This document shows positions 10,640-20,679 of a stretch of DNA of 64,000 nt, piece by piece. The stretch is from the IMG/VR virus record IMGVR_UViG_3300028299_000132, positions 1 to 64,000 of that record. One strand, written 5' to 3'. Every line of letters starts with the position of its first letter. The first letter of the stretch is position 1. Made by a program: the position numbers and the translations under genes. Under the pieces are notes generated by a model. It was not told where the DNA came from and ran no database searches. It was given only the letters and a program-made list of their open reading frames with translations. This DNA comes from a virus.

Positions 10640-10869
10640 TATACAATCTCGCCCTCCAACATATTATAAACTGAATTAATCATTTCAGGACTAGCGTCTG
10701 AAAGATTATTAATAATATATGCTAATTTACCTTCTACTGATGTTTTATGATGTTCTTTAAGAATATCACCACCAATTTCGGTTCTCTTTGTTGGTTTTTT
10801 TAAATCACAACATGATAATTTATCATATTCATTAAAATCTAATAAATTATTTAATTTACTTTTTATCAT
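10639..10869 (-). CDS. Small hypothetical protein
   Basis: Packed ORF preceded by TTAATATATA. Confidence 0.55.
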   Translation of the reverse strand: MIKSKLNNLLDFNEYDKLSCCDLKKPTKRTEIGGDILKEHHKTSVEGKLAYIINNLSDASPEMINSVYNMLEGEIV

Positions 10870-10902
10870 AATTATATTTTATTTTTTATTATATATTAAA
10901 AA

Positions 10903-11559
10903 TTAATTTTCATTTTTATCTTCAAATACTTTAAATGATTTGATATATTTCATATTCTCATCTAATGTATCATCCTGAGAACTAGTATACCATTCATCGT
11001 CAGGTTTATCAACTCTTTCTAGTAACACTCTGTAAAATAGAACATCATAAACTAGATTTTCAAATTTCATATGAGCGTGTGTATTTTGATTATATACCGC
11101 TTCTAAATCATGAAAAACATGTAATATTTTATTAAAATTCTTTTTATCTAAGAAATGCATTCTTATCTCAACATTAGTCATACCTCTTTTTTTATAATTA
11201 TCAACTATTTTATTCAATCTTTGTTCTAGTTCATAACCAAATGACCCGTGGCCAGTAGCGAAAACAACCGCTTCATTCACTTTATCCATATATGAATATC
11301 TCCTGTCTTTTATTGTATCGTTTATTAATTTTCTAACTAGTTTTTTAAAATCTTTACTATCTTTATCCTTGTTTCTATTTAAATAAATAATTTCTAATTC
11401 TGATAATTCATCTATTATTGTTGATATATTTCTTCCAGTTAGATATTTTTTAACATCATTTAATGAAACTTCTAACTTCTCATATCTATCTATTATTATA
11501 TTGATTTGTTTTTCTATTCTCTTTTCAATATTCTCCATATATTTTAATTTTTTATCCAT
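10903..11559 (-). CDS. Hypothetical protein with an internal MKYIKSFKVFE motif
   Basis: ORF; leader-like motif near the C-terminus. Confidence 0.65.
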   Translation of the reverse strand: MDKKLKYMENIEKRIEKQINIIIDRYEKLEVSLNDVKKYLTGRNISTIIDELSELEIIYLNRNKDKDSKDFKKLVRKLINDTIKDRRYSYMDKVNEAVVFATGHGSFGYELEQRLNKIVDNYKKRGMTNVEIRMHFLDKKNFNKILHVFHDLEAVYNQNTHAHMKFENLVYDVLFYRVLLERVDKPDDEWYTSSQDDTLDENMKYIKSFKVFEDKNEN

Positions 11560-12088
11560 AATACCAATCTAATGGTTTTGTTCTTATATCATCCAAATCA
11601 ATAATCAAACCCTCTTTATCTTTCATCTTCTTTATTGATTCCTTTTCCCTATCCATTATTCTATTTAGCACATCTGTGGCGTTATTAGAATAAAGTTCAT
11701 ATATTTCATTAACCAAGTCTATTATTTCTTGTTCTGTCATTTCGGTCGCTTTTATTAGAAATCTCCTGTATTTTAATATCGTATTCCACCTTTCTGGTAT
11801 GGAATTAACAATAGCTTTTTTTGTTATATCCTTTAGAGTCACTCTTCTATCAAGAACCACTAAGTTTATCCATTTATAAACTGTTGATTTGTCAAATGTA
11901 ACTTGATATAAATCAGATTTATAATCAGATTTCTCTTTACTTTTTATAATAACTTTTTCAACAAGTAATTTTTGAAATTGGTTTTCACCATATCCCATAG
12001 AAATCATATAATAAACATCATCATCATCTAAATAAAATTCATCATCTTCCCAATCAAAATCAGCTTCAAATAATTTTAAATATTTCAT
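11552..12088 (-). CDS. Hypothetical protein with leader MKYLKLFEADFDWED
   Basis: Shared leader plus acidic-aromatic motif. Confidence 0.7.
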   Translation of the reverse strand: MKYLKLFEADFDWEDDEFYLDDDDVYYMISMGYGENQFQKLLVEKVIIKSKEKSDYKSDLYQVTFDKSTVYKWINLVVLDRRVTLKDITKKAIVNSIPERWNTILKYRRFLIKATEMTEQEIIDLVNEIYELYSNNATDVLNRIMDREKESIKKMKDKEGLIIDLDDIRTKPLDWYYG

Positions 12089-12123
12089 TACAAACTATTT
12101 TTTTTTATTTATATTTTCATTTT

Positions 12124-12492
12124 TTAATATAAATCTTTATCTACCTCAAATTGTGGATATTTTTCAATTAGTTTAGAATATGAACGAATTTTCCACCCCA
12201 GGCATCCATCCCGGCCTGATACATAAATTAAAACATGATTATTAGCTGTAACTAATTTGTTAATTTCATCTCTTGTTAATTTTATAAAAGCTCCTGGTGA
12301 TTCCTCTACTCCATTACATCTATAATTATCAAATAATATTTTTGGAGAACTATTTGTCATAATATAAACATAATTACAATTATCATCATCATAATATTTA
12401 ACAAATACAAAATCTTGTGAATTTTCTTCATCCATCCATTCAAAATCATCAAAGTCAATGTCTATTTCTTCAAATAATTTTATGTATTTCAT
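12124..12492 (-). CDS. Hypothetical protein with leader MKYIKLFEEIDIDFDDFEW
   Basis: Shared leader plus acidic-aromatic motif. Confidence 0.7.
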   Translation of the reverse strand: MKYIKLFEEIDIDFDDFEWMDEENSQDFVFVKYYDDDNCNYVYIMTNSSPKILFDNYRCNGVEESPGAFIKLTRDEINKLVTANNHVLIYVSGRDGCLGWKIRSYSKLIEKYPQFEVDKDLY

Positions 12493-12503
12493 ATTTTTAT
12501 ATA

Positions 12504-14090
12504 TTAATTTTTCATTTCAAATTTTAAATTACCAGAATTATATACTCTTAGATATTTTAATTCATCCATTATTTCACATTCTGTCTTATTTTTATCATAT
12601 CCTTCCCTAACTAATTTGTCCTTACGAAAATTGAATCTACTATTTCTATTTAGAGTTCTATCAAAATAATAATAGTTTGGTTGTGTTTTTCCTTTATATT
12701 GAAATCCTAATTTTTTATATAAATCACCTACACTCCACGAACGGTCTGCGTATGTTGTAATTATTTTTGGTGAATAATTTTCAATAAAATATTTAAACAA
12801 TTTTTGTGCACCACCAATAACATTGGTATTCAATTTTGAACAAAATCTTAATAATTCATATTCACCCTCTTCTGTACTCTTTTTCCCAATTGAAACTCTT
12901 CTTTTTCCAAACGTCATTAAACTCACTAACTCTTCGTCATAAAAAAGACCAATTTTCACACTTGAGCCAATAAATCCCTGAATATGATTTTTTTCTAAAA
13001 ATTCACGAATTAATTTATTATCATCAATTCCATGAATTTCACATTTTCTTCCATATATTTTATTTCTAGTTTTTCCTAATTTATTTAATATCATTGATTT
13101 AACAATCTTTTCTTTATTGAACCACTCATCTTCATAGATATGAATTAACTGAATTCCTTTTTCTTCACATAATTCTGTTTTTTCTAGATGATAATTTCTA
13201 TCCTTATATAAATCAGAATGCCAGTATATTCCATTAAATTCAAATGCTAATTTTAAATTAGGGATATAAATATCCAACTCTTTCTTTATTAATGACTGAT
13301 TATTTTCCTCTATATCACCATTATAATTATCTTTAATAAAATTTAATATATTTATTTCTTGTCCAGATTGTTTTATTCCTATTAATGGATTACAAATAGT
13401 ACAATATATTAATTTATTTCTATTTCTTTGGTACAAATTTTTAGCTGTTATATTAAAATAGTGACCATTATCACATCTTATATCTATTGTACGATCATTT
13501 TTAAGAATGAAGTTTTTTATATTATATTTTTCTAATTTTTCTAAAGCGTCTTTCTCCCATCGTTTATAAGTTTTTTTATAAAAATCTATAGTTTTACTAT
13601 AGTGTTCAACACCATATCTTTCCATATTAGTATTCTTTCTTCTATCAATTACTTTTTTATTTTCTAATGGAAATTCAACACCATATCTTTCCAAATTAGT
13701 TTTCTTTATTTTGTTTTTTACATCATCTGATAATAATGAACACTCAAATCCATACTTTTTTAAATTTGTTTTCTTAACTTTTTCTTGTATTTCTTTTACT
13801 TTCATAGGATTATCAACACCATATTTATTTAAATAGGATTGTTTTTTTGAACAGTTATGACATAAAAATCTTCCATATTTAAATAAATTTTTATTGTACT
13901 TATAATATGTAATTACTCTTTCTTTTCCACAATCAGAACATATAGATGTTATTCTTACTACTGAACCATTAGATAAATTTTCTGGTTTTATTTTAATAAT
14001 ATCATTTATTTTAACATCAAATCCATTATTTATATAATGTTTTATGTTTCTTTCTTTTACTATTATTTTTAATTCTTTTTCTTTTATCAT
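12504..14090 (-). CDS. Putative free-standing homing endonuclease (Zn ribbon, KKTNLxKYG repeats, PD-(D/E)XK-like nuclease, GNAT-like C-terminus)
   Basis: CxxC pairs, repeats and ELDIYIP...AFEFNGIYWH; paralog of 34450..36270. Confidence 0.75.
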   Translation of the reverse strand: MIKEKELKIIVKERNIKHYINNGFDVKINDIIKIKPENLSNGSVVRITSICSDCGKERVITYYKYNKNLFKYGRFLCHNCSKKQSYLNKYGVDNPMKVKEIQEKVKKTNLKKYGFECSLLSDDVKNKIKKTNLERYGVEFPLENKKVIDRRKNTNMERYGVEHYSKTIDFYKKTYKRWEKDALEKLEKYNIKNFILKNDRTIDIRCDNGHYFNITAKNLYQRNRNKLIYCTICNPLIGIKQSGQEINILNFIKDNYNGDIEENNQSLIKKELDIYIPNLKLAFEFNGIYWHSDLYKDRNYHLEKTELCEEKGIQLIHIYEDEWFNKEKIVKSMILNKLGKTRNKIYGRKCEIHGIDDNKLIREFLEKNHIQGFIGSSVKIGLFYDEELVSLMTFGKRRVSIGKKSTEEGEYELLRFCSKLNTNVIGGAQKLFKYFIENYSPKIITTYADRSWSVGDLYKKLGFQYKGKTQPNYYYFDRTLNRNSRFNFRKDKLVREGYDKNKTECEIMDELKYLRVYNSGNLKFEMKN

Positions 14091-14193
14091 AAAACTCCAT
14101 AGGTATTATTTCTTATTTGTATATAGTAATTTTTGCATACCAAAATAAACATTATCAGAAATTAATGATATATAAAATAAAAAATATTTATTT

Positions 14194-15309
14194 ATGTTAG
14201 TTCAGGATAATGAAAAATTTAACAGATTGATTATCGGTGGAAGAGAATTACTGATAAAAAAGAAATTTCAAGACTCGTATAAAAATTATAAAACCGCGTT
14301 AGATATAAGTCCTGATAATGAATATGTTAAAGAACAAATAAAAAAAATAGAAAAGTATTTTTATCTAGAAAAAAAATATACAGAGAAAAAAGCGGAGTAT
14401 GATTATAACAAAGCGATGCAACTCGCTCTCAAATTAGTTCTAAACGGAACATATGGAGCGTTCGCGAATAAATACTTTGTCCTGTCTAATGCGAAAATCG
14501 CGAACGCGATTACTTCAATGGGTCGTAATGTTATTCAATATATGTTAGAAAATATAGAAAATTATTTTTATAATGAATGGCATAAAGATGTAGAATCACA
14601 TAAATTACTTGGATTGGAATATTTAGTACAAAATAAAAATGATAATAATTATTATTTTCTTAATAGAAATTACGAATCAATTGACAGACCATTCTCACAA
14701 TTCAATACTGGTGATATGCACAATGATATTCTAAAATCTAGAAATATTCCAATAAGTAGATTAAAGAAAGTTGAAGAATATGAAGTTGGTGATTGGAAAA
14801 TTTTATATGAATATCATATTTTTGATTTTAGTAATGTAAAACCATTAGATAATAATCCAGGTTGGGAAATGATAGATGAAAAAAGAATATCAAATCCAGA
14901 TGAGATATTTAAATCGTATACAGGTGAGAATCATTTATTAATTTATGGTGATACAGATTCAATTTTTTCTGATACACAGATAGATACAGATAAAGGAATA
15001 TATACTATCGAAGAATTATATAATAATAATATTAAAAATGGTTCCGCTGGAGTTACATTAAAAGGTCATGAATCTGTTAATTGTAAAGAAAAGGTTTTAA
15101 ACTGGGATAATGATTTATATTATGCACAAGTTAAAAGGATTATAAGACATAAAGTATCAAAACCAAAATGGAAGTTAAAAACAAAAACAGGTAAAGAAAT
15201 AATAGCAACTAATGATCACTCAATGATTGTTTTTAGGTCTGGTAAAAAACTAGAAGTCAAACCATCTAATATTTTAAGAACTGATAAAATATTGGTTGTA
15301 AAAAAATGA
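14194..15309 (+). CDS. Family-B DNA polymerase fragment (motif B to YGDTD) fused to the N-half of a split intein
   Basis: QLALKLVLNGTYG (motif B), LIYGDTD, then intein block A SIFSDTQI and block B IIATNDH, ending at a stop. Confidence 0.92.
   Translation: MLVQDNEKFNRLIIGGRELLIKKKFQDSYKNYKTALDISPDNEYVKEQIKKIEKYFYLEKKYTEKKAEYDYNKAMQLALKLVLNGTYGAFANKYFVLSNAKIANAITSMGRNVIQYMLENIENYFYNEWHKDVESHKLLGLEYLVQNKNDNNYYFLNRNYESIDRPFSQFNTGDMHNDILKSRNIPISRLKKVEEYEVGDWKILYEYHIFDFSNVKPLDNNPGWEMIDEKRISNPDEIFKSYTGENHLLIYGDTDSIFSDTQIDTDKGIYTIEELYNNNIKNGSAGVTLKGHESVNCKEKVLNWDNDLYYAQVKRIIRHKVSKPKWKLKTKTGKEIIATNDHSMIVFRSGKKLEVKPSNILRTDKILVVKK
14959..15306 (+). mobile_element. Split intein N-half (IntN, 116 aa)
   Basis: Begins with Ser right after YGDTD; TIEELY, TxDH block B; no C-terminal HN. 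Confidence 0.9.
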
Positions 15310-15350
15310 TATTTTTAATTTTATATATAGTTTAGGAAGGTGTTGTAATT

Positions 15351-16445
15351 ATGCTCAATAATATTACATTTATAGAAAAATCAAAAAAAATTCATGGAGA
15401 CAAATATGATTATTCTTCAGTTGAATATGAAAAATCAAATATAAAAGTTAAAATAATTTGTAAAAAACATGGTGTATTTTTTCAAACACCTTCTGCTCAT
15501 TTACAAGGAAGGGGGTGTGTTATTTGTGGGGGGAGTAAAAAATATACAAATGATTTATTTATTAAAAAATCAAAAAAAATTCACGGAGACAAATATGATT
15601 ATTCTTTAGTTGATTACAAATCAATGAAAAGTAAAGTAAAAATTATTTGCAGAAAACATAAGATTTTTGAACAAAAACCAGAAAGTCATCTAAATGGTCA
15701 TATCTGTAAAAGGTGTTATAATGAGAATAGAACAATGACAGATGTGAAATTCATAAAAAAATCAAAAGATCTTCACGGAGATAAGTACGATTACTCATTA
15801 GTCGATTATAAAAATTCTAAAACTAAAGTAAAGATAATCTGTAAAGAACATGGTGTTTTCGAACAGGTTCCATCCGCTCATTTAAGTGGACAAGGATGTA
15901 AATATTGTGCAGATATCACTAAAAGATTAACTATAATGGATTTCATAAAAAAATCAAAAGAGATTCACGGAGATAAGTACGATTATTGTAATGTAAAATA
16001 TGTTAATAATTATACAAAAGTTGAAATAATATGTGATAAACATGGTAGTTTTTTCCAATCACCTAATTATCATATGCTAGGGCAGGGGTGCCCAAATTGT
16101 CAAATAAGTCTATTGGAGAATAATATTAAAAAATTATTAGATAAAAATAATATAAATTATGAACAACAAAAAACTTTTGAGGATTGTAAAAATATTAATA
16201 AGTTACCGTTTGATTTTTACTTAATAGATTTTAAAATATGTATAGAATGTAATGGGAAACAACATTATAAACCAGTAAAATATTTTGGTGGAGACAAAAC
16301 ACTAAGTTATATACAAAAAAATGATAAAATTAAAAAAACATTTTGTATAGAAAATAATATAAAATATATTGAAATTAGTTATTTAATGTTAGAAAATGAA
16401 ATAGAAAAAATTATAGATGATGTAAAAGATGGAATATTATTTTGA
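15351..16445 (+). CDS. Free-standing endonuclease between the split-intein halves
   Basis: Four repeats of FIxKSKxxHGDKYDY...KVxIICxxH...CxxC and a C-terminal PFDFYL...IECNGKQHY Vsr/PD-(D/E)XK-like domain. Confidence 0.85.
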   Translation: MLNNITFIEKSKKIHGDKYDYSSVEYEKSNIKVKIICKKHGVFFQTPSAHLQGRGCVICGGSKKYTNDLFIKKSKKIHGDKYDYSLVDYKSMKSKVKIICRKHKIFEQKPESHLNGHICKRCYNENRTMTDVKFIKKSKDLHGDKYDYSLVDYKNSKTKVKIICKEHGVFEQVPSAHLSGQGCKYCADITKRLTIMDFIKKSKEIHGDKYDYCNVKYVNNYTKVEIICDKHGSFFQSPNYHMLGQGCPNCQISLLENNIKKLLDKNNINYEQQKTFEDCKNINKLPFDFYLIDFKICIECNGKQHYKPVKYFGGDKTLSYIQKNDKIKKTFCIENNIKYIEISYLMLENEIEKIIDDVKDGILF

Positions 16446-16557
16446 TGAAGTAGAAAGTTGTGAATTGATAGGCGGATTTGAAGAAGAATATGTATATGAT
16501 ATAGAGGTGAATGACGATACTCACACATTTATTGCAAATGATATTTTGGTACACAAT
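16429..16557 (+). mobile_element. Split intein C-half (IntC, 43 aa)
   Basis: Blocks F and G ending in HN, followed by Ser+1. Confidence 0.92.
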
Positions 16558-17409
16558 AGTCTGTATATCAGTTATTTACCAATTATTAAATCCGTTGGAT
16601 TTACTGGAAACGAACTAGAGTTTATATTACATGTTGATAAAGTTTTTGTAAAGAAACTATTTAAAAAGTTTTTGGATGAGTACGCGGAACCATATGATGT
16701 TGAGAATGAACACGATTTTGAATTAGAGACAATCAATAAGTCTGCGATACACTTAGAGAAAAAACATTATATCAATAACGTTGTATGGGAAGATGGTATA
16801 TTTTATGATAGTTTATCATATTTCTTCCCAAAAGGAATTGAGATCGTTCGTTCATCTACACCATCTTTTGTTAGAGGAAAAAATCAACAAGGTGGAATTT
16901 GGGATTTCATAAGATATTTATTTTCCAATCCAGATAATTTAGATATAAGAAATGTTTTGAGATTAGTAAAGGAACAGAGAAAAGCGTTTGAAATGGATGA
17001 TATAGAAAACATCAGTATGAATACATCATGTACGAATTATGATGATAAGGTTGTTAATGATGTAACTAGCATAGAAGTAACAAAAGGTTCACATTTTTCT
17101 ATTAAAGCGGCCGCTTTTCATAATTATTTGTTGAATAAAAATTCTGAATATAAGACAAAATATGATATGATAAAATCTGGTAAGATAAAATATTATTATT
17201 GTAATAGTTCATTAAATAATGTTTTCGCTTATATGAGGAGTTTTCATCCATATGAAATAACTGAAAAAGAAGGAGTTATAATTGATTATGAGGTTCAATT
17301 TGAAAAATGTTATTTAACATTGGTGAATAAATTTATAGAACCACTAGGACTACCTATGATAAACAAAAGATTATCAGTATTAAATTCACTGTTTGATTTC
17401 AAAAAGTAA
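16429..17409 (+). CDS. C-half of a split intein fused to the C-terminal palm/thumb fragment of family-B DNA polymerase
   Basis: VYDIEV...HTFIANDILVHN|SLY; then FELE, KKHY and KGIEIVRSSTP polB motifs. Confidence 0.92.
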   Translation: MEYYFDEVESCELIGGFEEEYVYDIEVNDDTHTFIANDILVHNSLYISYLPIIKSVGFTGNELEFILHVDKVFVKKLFKKFLDEYAEPYDVENEHDFELETINKSAIHLEKKHYINNVVWEDGIFYDSLSYFFPKGIEIVRSSTPSFVRGKNQQGGIWDFIRYLFSNPDNLDIRNVLRLVKEQRKAFEMDDIENISMNTSCTNYDDKVVNDVTSIEVTKGSHFSIKAAAFHNYLLNKNSEYKTKYDMIKSGKIKYYYCNSSLNNVFAYMRSFHPYEITEKEGVIIDYEVQFEKCYLTLVNKFIEPLGLPMINKRLSVLNSLFDFKK

Positions 17410-17411
17410 AG

Positions 17412-18227
17412 TTATATTCTTTCTATAATTAGTTTTGTGTGTGTTGTATTTTTTATCACTATTCCAAACGCTTTAATAATTCTTTTCTGTATTGGTTCAA
17501 ATATGAAATTATTTTTGTAAATCATCTTATAATTTCTTGGTATTTTTTTATATAATGTTTCTAGGGTTATTGGTAAATAATTTTCTTTAACCTCCCGTTC
17601 CCAATTATCTATGTAAGAAAATTTCAATAACCAATGTAAAAATGTTCTATAATCATTATCTATTAGACCCCAGATGTTTTCAAAAGAGTTGAGATATTTT
17701 TTATCCGATAGTTTATTAACTTTTTTAACATCTTCTAAAAATTCTTCTTTACTAATACTCGCTGATGGTATCATATCACGGATAACAATATATTTAAAAC
17801 AACCACCAAAAACTTTTTCTTCCCAAAACTTTTTAATTTCTTTTGTATCAGAATAAGAATATACTTCGTGTATAACACTAGATAATAACAATACTGAATT
17901 TTTATAATTTTTAGCTATATTTATAACATCATTCCAATTATTGGTAAATTTAGCGGATGGGACATTTGATTTAGCTAGATTTAACATATCTGTAGAAACA
18001 TCATATCCAACTAATTGTATTGAAGAATCTGTTTTATTTATATTTTTTAATATTTTTCCGTCAGCACATCCAAAATCAACTATTAAATCAGTATCTATTT
18101 TTTCCATAAAAAATAACTTATCTACTACTGATTTCTCTAATCCTTTATTGTAACTACTAATATTTTCTATAGGTGATTCCTTTACCTTTTCTAATAATCT
18201 AAATATTTTATATGAATATAGTCTCAT
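17412..18227 (-). CDS. Class I SAM-dependent methyltransferase
   Basis: IVDFGCADG, VGYDVS and LSSVIHE motifs. Confidence 0.8.
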   Translation of the reverse strand: MRLYSYKIFRLLEKVKESPIENISSYNKGLEKSVVDKLFFMEKIDTDLIVDFGCADGKILKNINKTDSSIQLVGYDVSTDMLNLAKSNVPSAKFTNNWNDVINIAKNYKNSVLLLSSVIHEVYSYSDTKEIKKFWEEKVFGGCFKYIVIRDMIPSASISKEEFLEDVKKVNKLSDKKYLNSFENIWGLIDNDYRTFLHWLLKFSYIDNWEREVKENYLPITLETLYKKIPRNYKMIYKNNFIFEPIQKRIIKAFGIVIKNTTHTKLIIERI

Positions 18228-18253
18228 AAAAGATATATATTAAAATATTCTTA

Positions 18254-19744
18254 TCATTTAGTTGATTCTGGTCTTCTCGCAGCGGAACGATGAGAATATC
18301 TACCTGGTATCGTCACTGAAGTTTGTGTAGGTTGTTCAATTACATTTTTTTTTTCTAATTTTTCATTTATAACTCTCAGTTTGTAATCAAATTCAGCTTT
18401 CATATCTCGTATTATATCTTCTACATTGTCCTTATTATCAATATTTTGAAGTCTTTCACCCATATTTTCTATATATTCTTTGAAATCGTCTTTAAGATTT
18501 TCTGTATAGTCATTTATCAAATTTTTTATTTTGTCATCAGTATAATCTTTCTTCAAATTACCAATTTGATATTTTATATTATCTAATTCTGTCTTAATAT
18601 CATCATAATCTGATGTATTTGATATCAATTCAGTTATTTCTTTTTCTTCAAAAATAGATGTGTCAACAGAATTGTCAAGAGTTTTTTTTTCACTCTCAGT
18701 TGTATCTTCCTGACTTACAATATCTTCCGTTTCTTCTTGTTTTTCACTGATAATCTCTGATTCTAATTCATCAGTAACCACTTCGGGTTCTAGATTCTCG
18801 ATTTTTTCTTTTTTCTTGAAAACTTTTTTGAAACTATTAAGAATGTCAATTTTCTTTTTCTTCTTAGGGTCCTCAACAACAATTATCCGATTATCGTCTA
18901 ATTCACCAATTTTAACCATTGAAAGTCTATTAGCGACGATTATAAGTAATATCGCGAATGGGTCAAACACGAATATGATTAAAGATATCAAAAATCCAAC
19001 AACATCATCCATAGGTTTTCCTGATAAATCAGCGAGATATTTTAATGGCCCAATTTCTACCGAGATATCAGAACTTTCTAATTCTAATATTTCCCTATCA
19101 TATTTACTTATTGAATCGTTTAAAGAGTTTATTTTTGCGTATAATTGTGTATTTTGTTCTCTTAAATCATTTATCTGAGTATCAACTTCTTTTATATTAT
19201 TTTGTGTTTCTCTCGCTCTGTTTCTAAATACAGAACTTTGATTATTAGTTAATGTAGTATCAGTACTCTTGTTATAAAGATTTGATACAACATTTTCTTG
19301 TGTAGTTCTATTTCCTATATAAGTATTTATTTGATTATTTTTACTATCAATTTCTTTTTGATATCTATCAATTTCTAATTGAAATGTAGATTTTCGTTGG
19401 TCTGCGATTTTGGTTTCTTTTTGTATAGTTGTATATTTATTTGAAGTCGCATCGTACGCGTTTTTTAAAAACCCATATATACCAAGTGATGTTAAAGACA
19501 TTATACCAACAATCATACAGATGGATATAAATTTTATAATATTAGAGAAAATTTTCCAAAATCTGTATATAACACTAACATATACTAATTTTCCAAATTC
19601 TAAAGCCCCAAACAATATTAATGCTGATATTCCCGCACCAGCGAACAGTTTAGAGAGACCAAAAACACTAAAATACGCTGCGGTTCCAGCGATAACAATA
19701 GCTGTGAATGATAACAAAAGTACAAACAACCATGTTTTTTTCAT
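18254..19744 (-). CDS. Membrane protein with long coiled coils
   Basis: Three N-terminal hydrophobic segments, a coiled coil, an internal TM segment (IIFVFDPFAILL) and an acidic tail. Confidence 0.7.
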   Translation of the reverse strand: MKKTWLFVLLLSFTAIVIAGTAAYFSVFGLSKLFAGAGISALILFGALEFGKLVYVSVIYRFWKIFSNIIKFISICMIVGIMSLTSLGIYGFLKNAYDATSNKYTTIQKETKIADQRKSTFQLEIDRYQKEIDSKNNQINTYIGNRTTQENVVSNLYNKSTDTTLTNNQSSVFRNRARETQNNIKEVDTQINDLREQNTQLYAKINSLNDSISKYDREILELESSDISVEIGPLKYLADLSGKPMDDVVGFLISLIIFVFDPFAILLIIVANRLSMVKIGELDDNRIIVVEDPKKKKKIDILNSFKKVFKKKEKIENLEPEVVTDELESEIISEKQEETEDIVSQEDTTESEKKTLDNSVDTSIFEEKEITELISNTSDYDDIKTELDNIKYQIGNLKKDYTDDKIKNLINDYTENLKDDFKEYIENMGERLQNIDNKDNVEDIIRDMKAEFDYKLRVINEKLEKKNVIEQPTQTSVTIPGRYSHRSAARRPESTK

Positions 19745-20034
19745 AATTTTTCTTATTTTTTGTATCCTGTATATATTTTTAAAAAAATATCATTAAAAGT
19801 TGTATTTTTCTAGTAATATTTTTTACTATATACGACTTACATACATATATAGAAGTTTTTATATCTAGTTAAAAATCAGATAGATATAAAAATAAAAATA
19901 AACAAATATAAGTTTATTTATTGGTTCATAACATTTTATCTAGAATAAAAATAGAAGATAACCTTGTCTTTTTTGGGTTTTTTTACAAAAAATGTGCGAG
20001 TATGGTTATAAAATCACAAAAATAAAAAAATATA

Positions 20035-20679
20035 ATGAAAAATGAAATCACATTTAAAAAACTACTATACCCAATCTTAATAACACTATATTTTTTATCA
20101 ATGGTATGTTATATTGCGTACCTAGATACTGAAAAAACAAATTTGAAAAACGACAACAAAATCTTAGCTGATTCATTGATGATAGCTAGAGATTCAGCGA
20201 ATACTCTTATTATGACATCTGATTCTTTAATCGAGGAGTTAAAAAGAACAAAAGATTTCTATAATTTCCTTTATGATATCGCTGATAGAGAAAGTGGGAT
20301 AAATCAATATTCTACGAATAAATATGGGATGATGGGATTATTTCAATTTAGTCCAAAGACACTCAGGTTCCTAGGGTTGGAAGTTAATAGGAGAACTTAT
20401 CTATCAGATGTGGATTTACAGGTAAATTCAATGATTTCTTATATGAAATTCAATAAAGTAAGATTATCTAGATATATAAAAAAATATGATGGTAAAAAAT
20501 ACAGAGGAGTTCATATAACAGAGAGTGGGTTACTCGCTGGAGCACATTTAGTGGGTGCAGGTGGTGTTATTGAATTTTTTGATAGACAGGGTAAGTATAA
20601 TATGTGTGACGCAAACAATGTACATGTATCAACATATATAAGGGATTTTTCAGGACACAATATGGCACTCCTGAATTAA
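20035..20679 (+). CDS. Membrane-anchored lytic transglycosylase/lysozyme-like protein
   Basis: N-terminal TM, RESG...N.YG.MGLFQF and ITESGLLAGAHLVG. Confidence 0.75.
   Translation: MKNEITFKKLLYPILITLYFLSMVCYIAYLDTEKTNLKNDNKILADSLMIARDSANTLIMTSDSLIEELKRTKDFYNFLYDIADRESGINQYSTNKYGMMGLFQFSPKTLRFLGLEVNRRTYLSDVDLQVNSMISYMKFNKVRLSRYIKKYDGKKYRGVHITESGLLAGAHLVGAGGVIEFFDRQGKYNMCDANNVHVSTYIRDFSGHNMALLN

Noticed and set aside
15310-16428. Group I intron explaining the polB interruption
   Set aside because: There is almost no non-coding flank for a ribozyme core (about 40 nt upstream, and an overlap downstream), and both intein halves have their own stop or start
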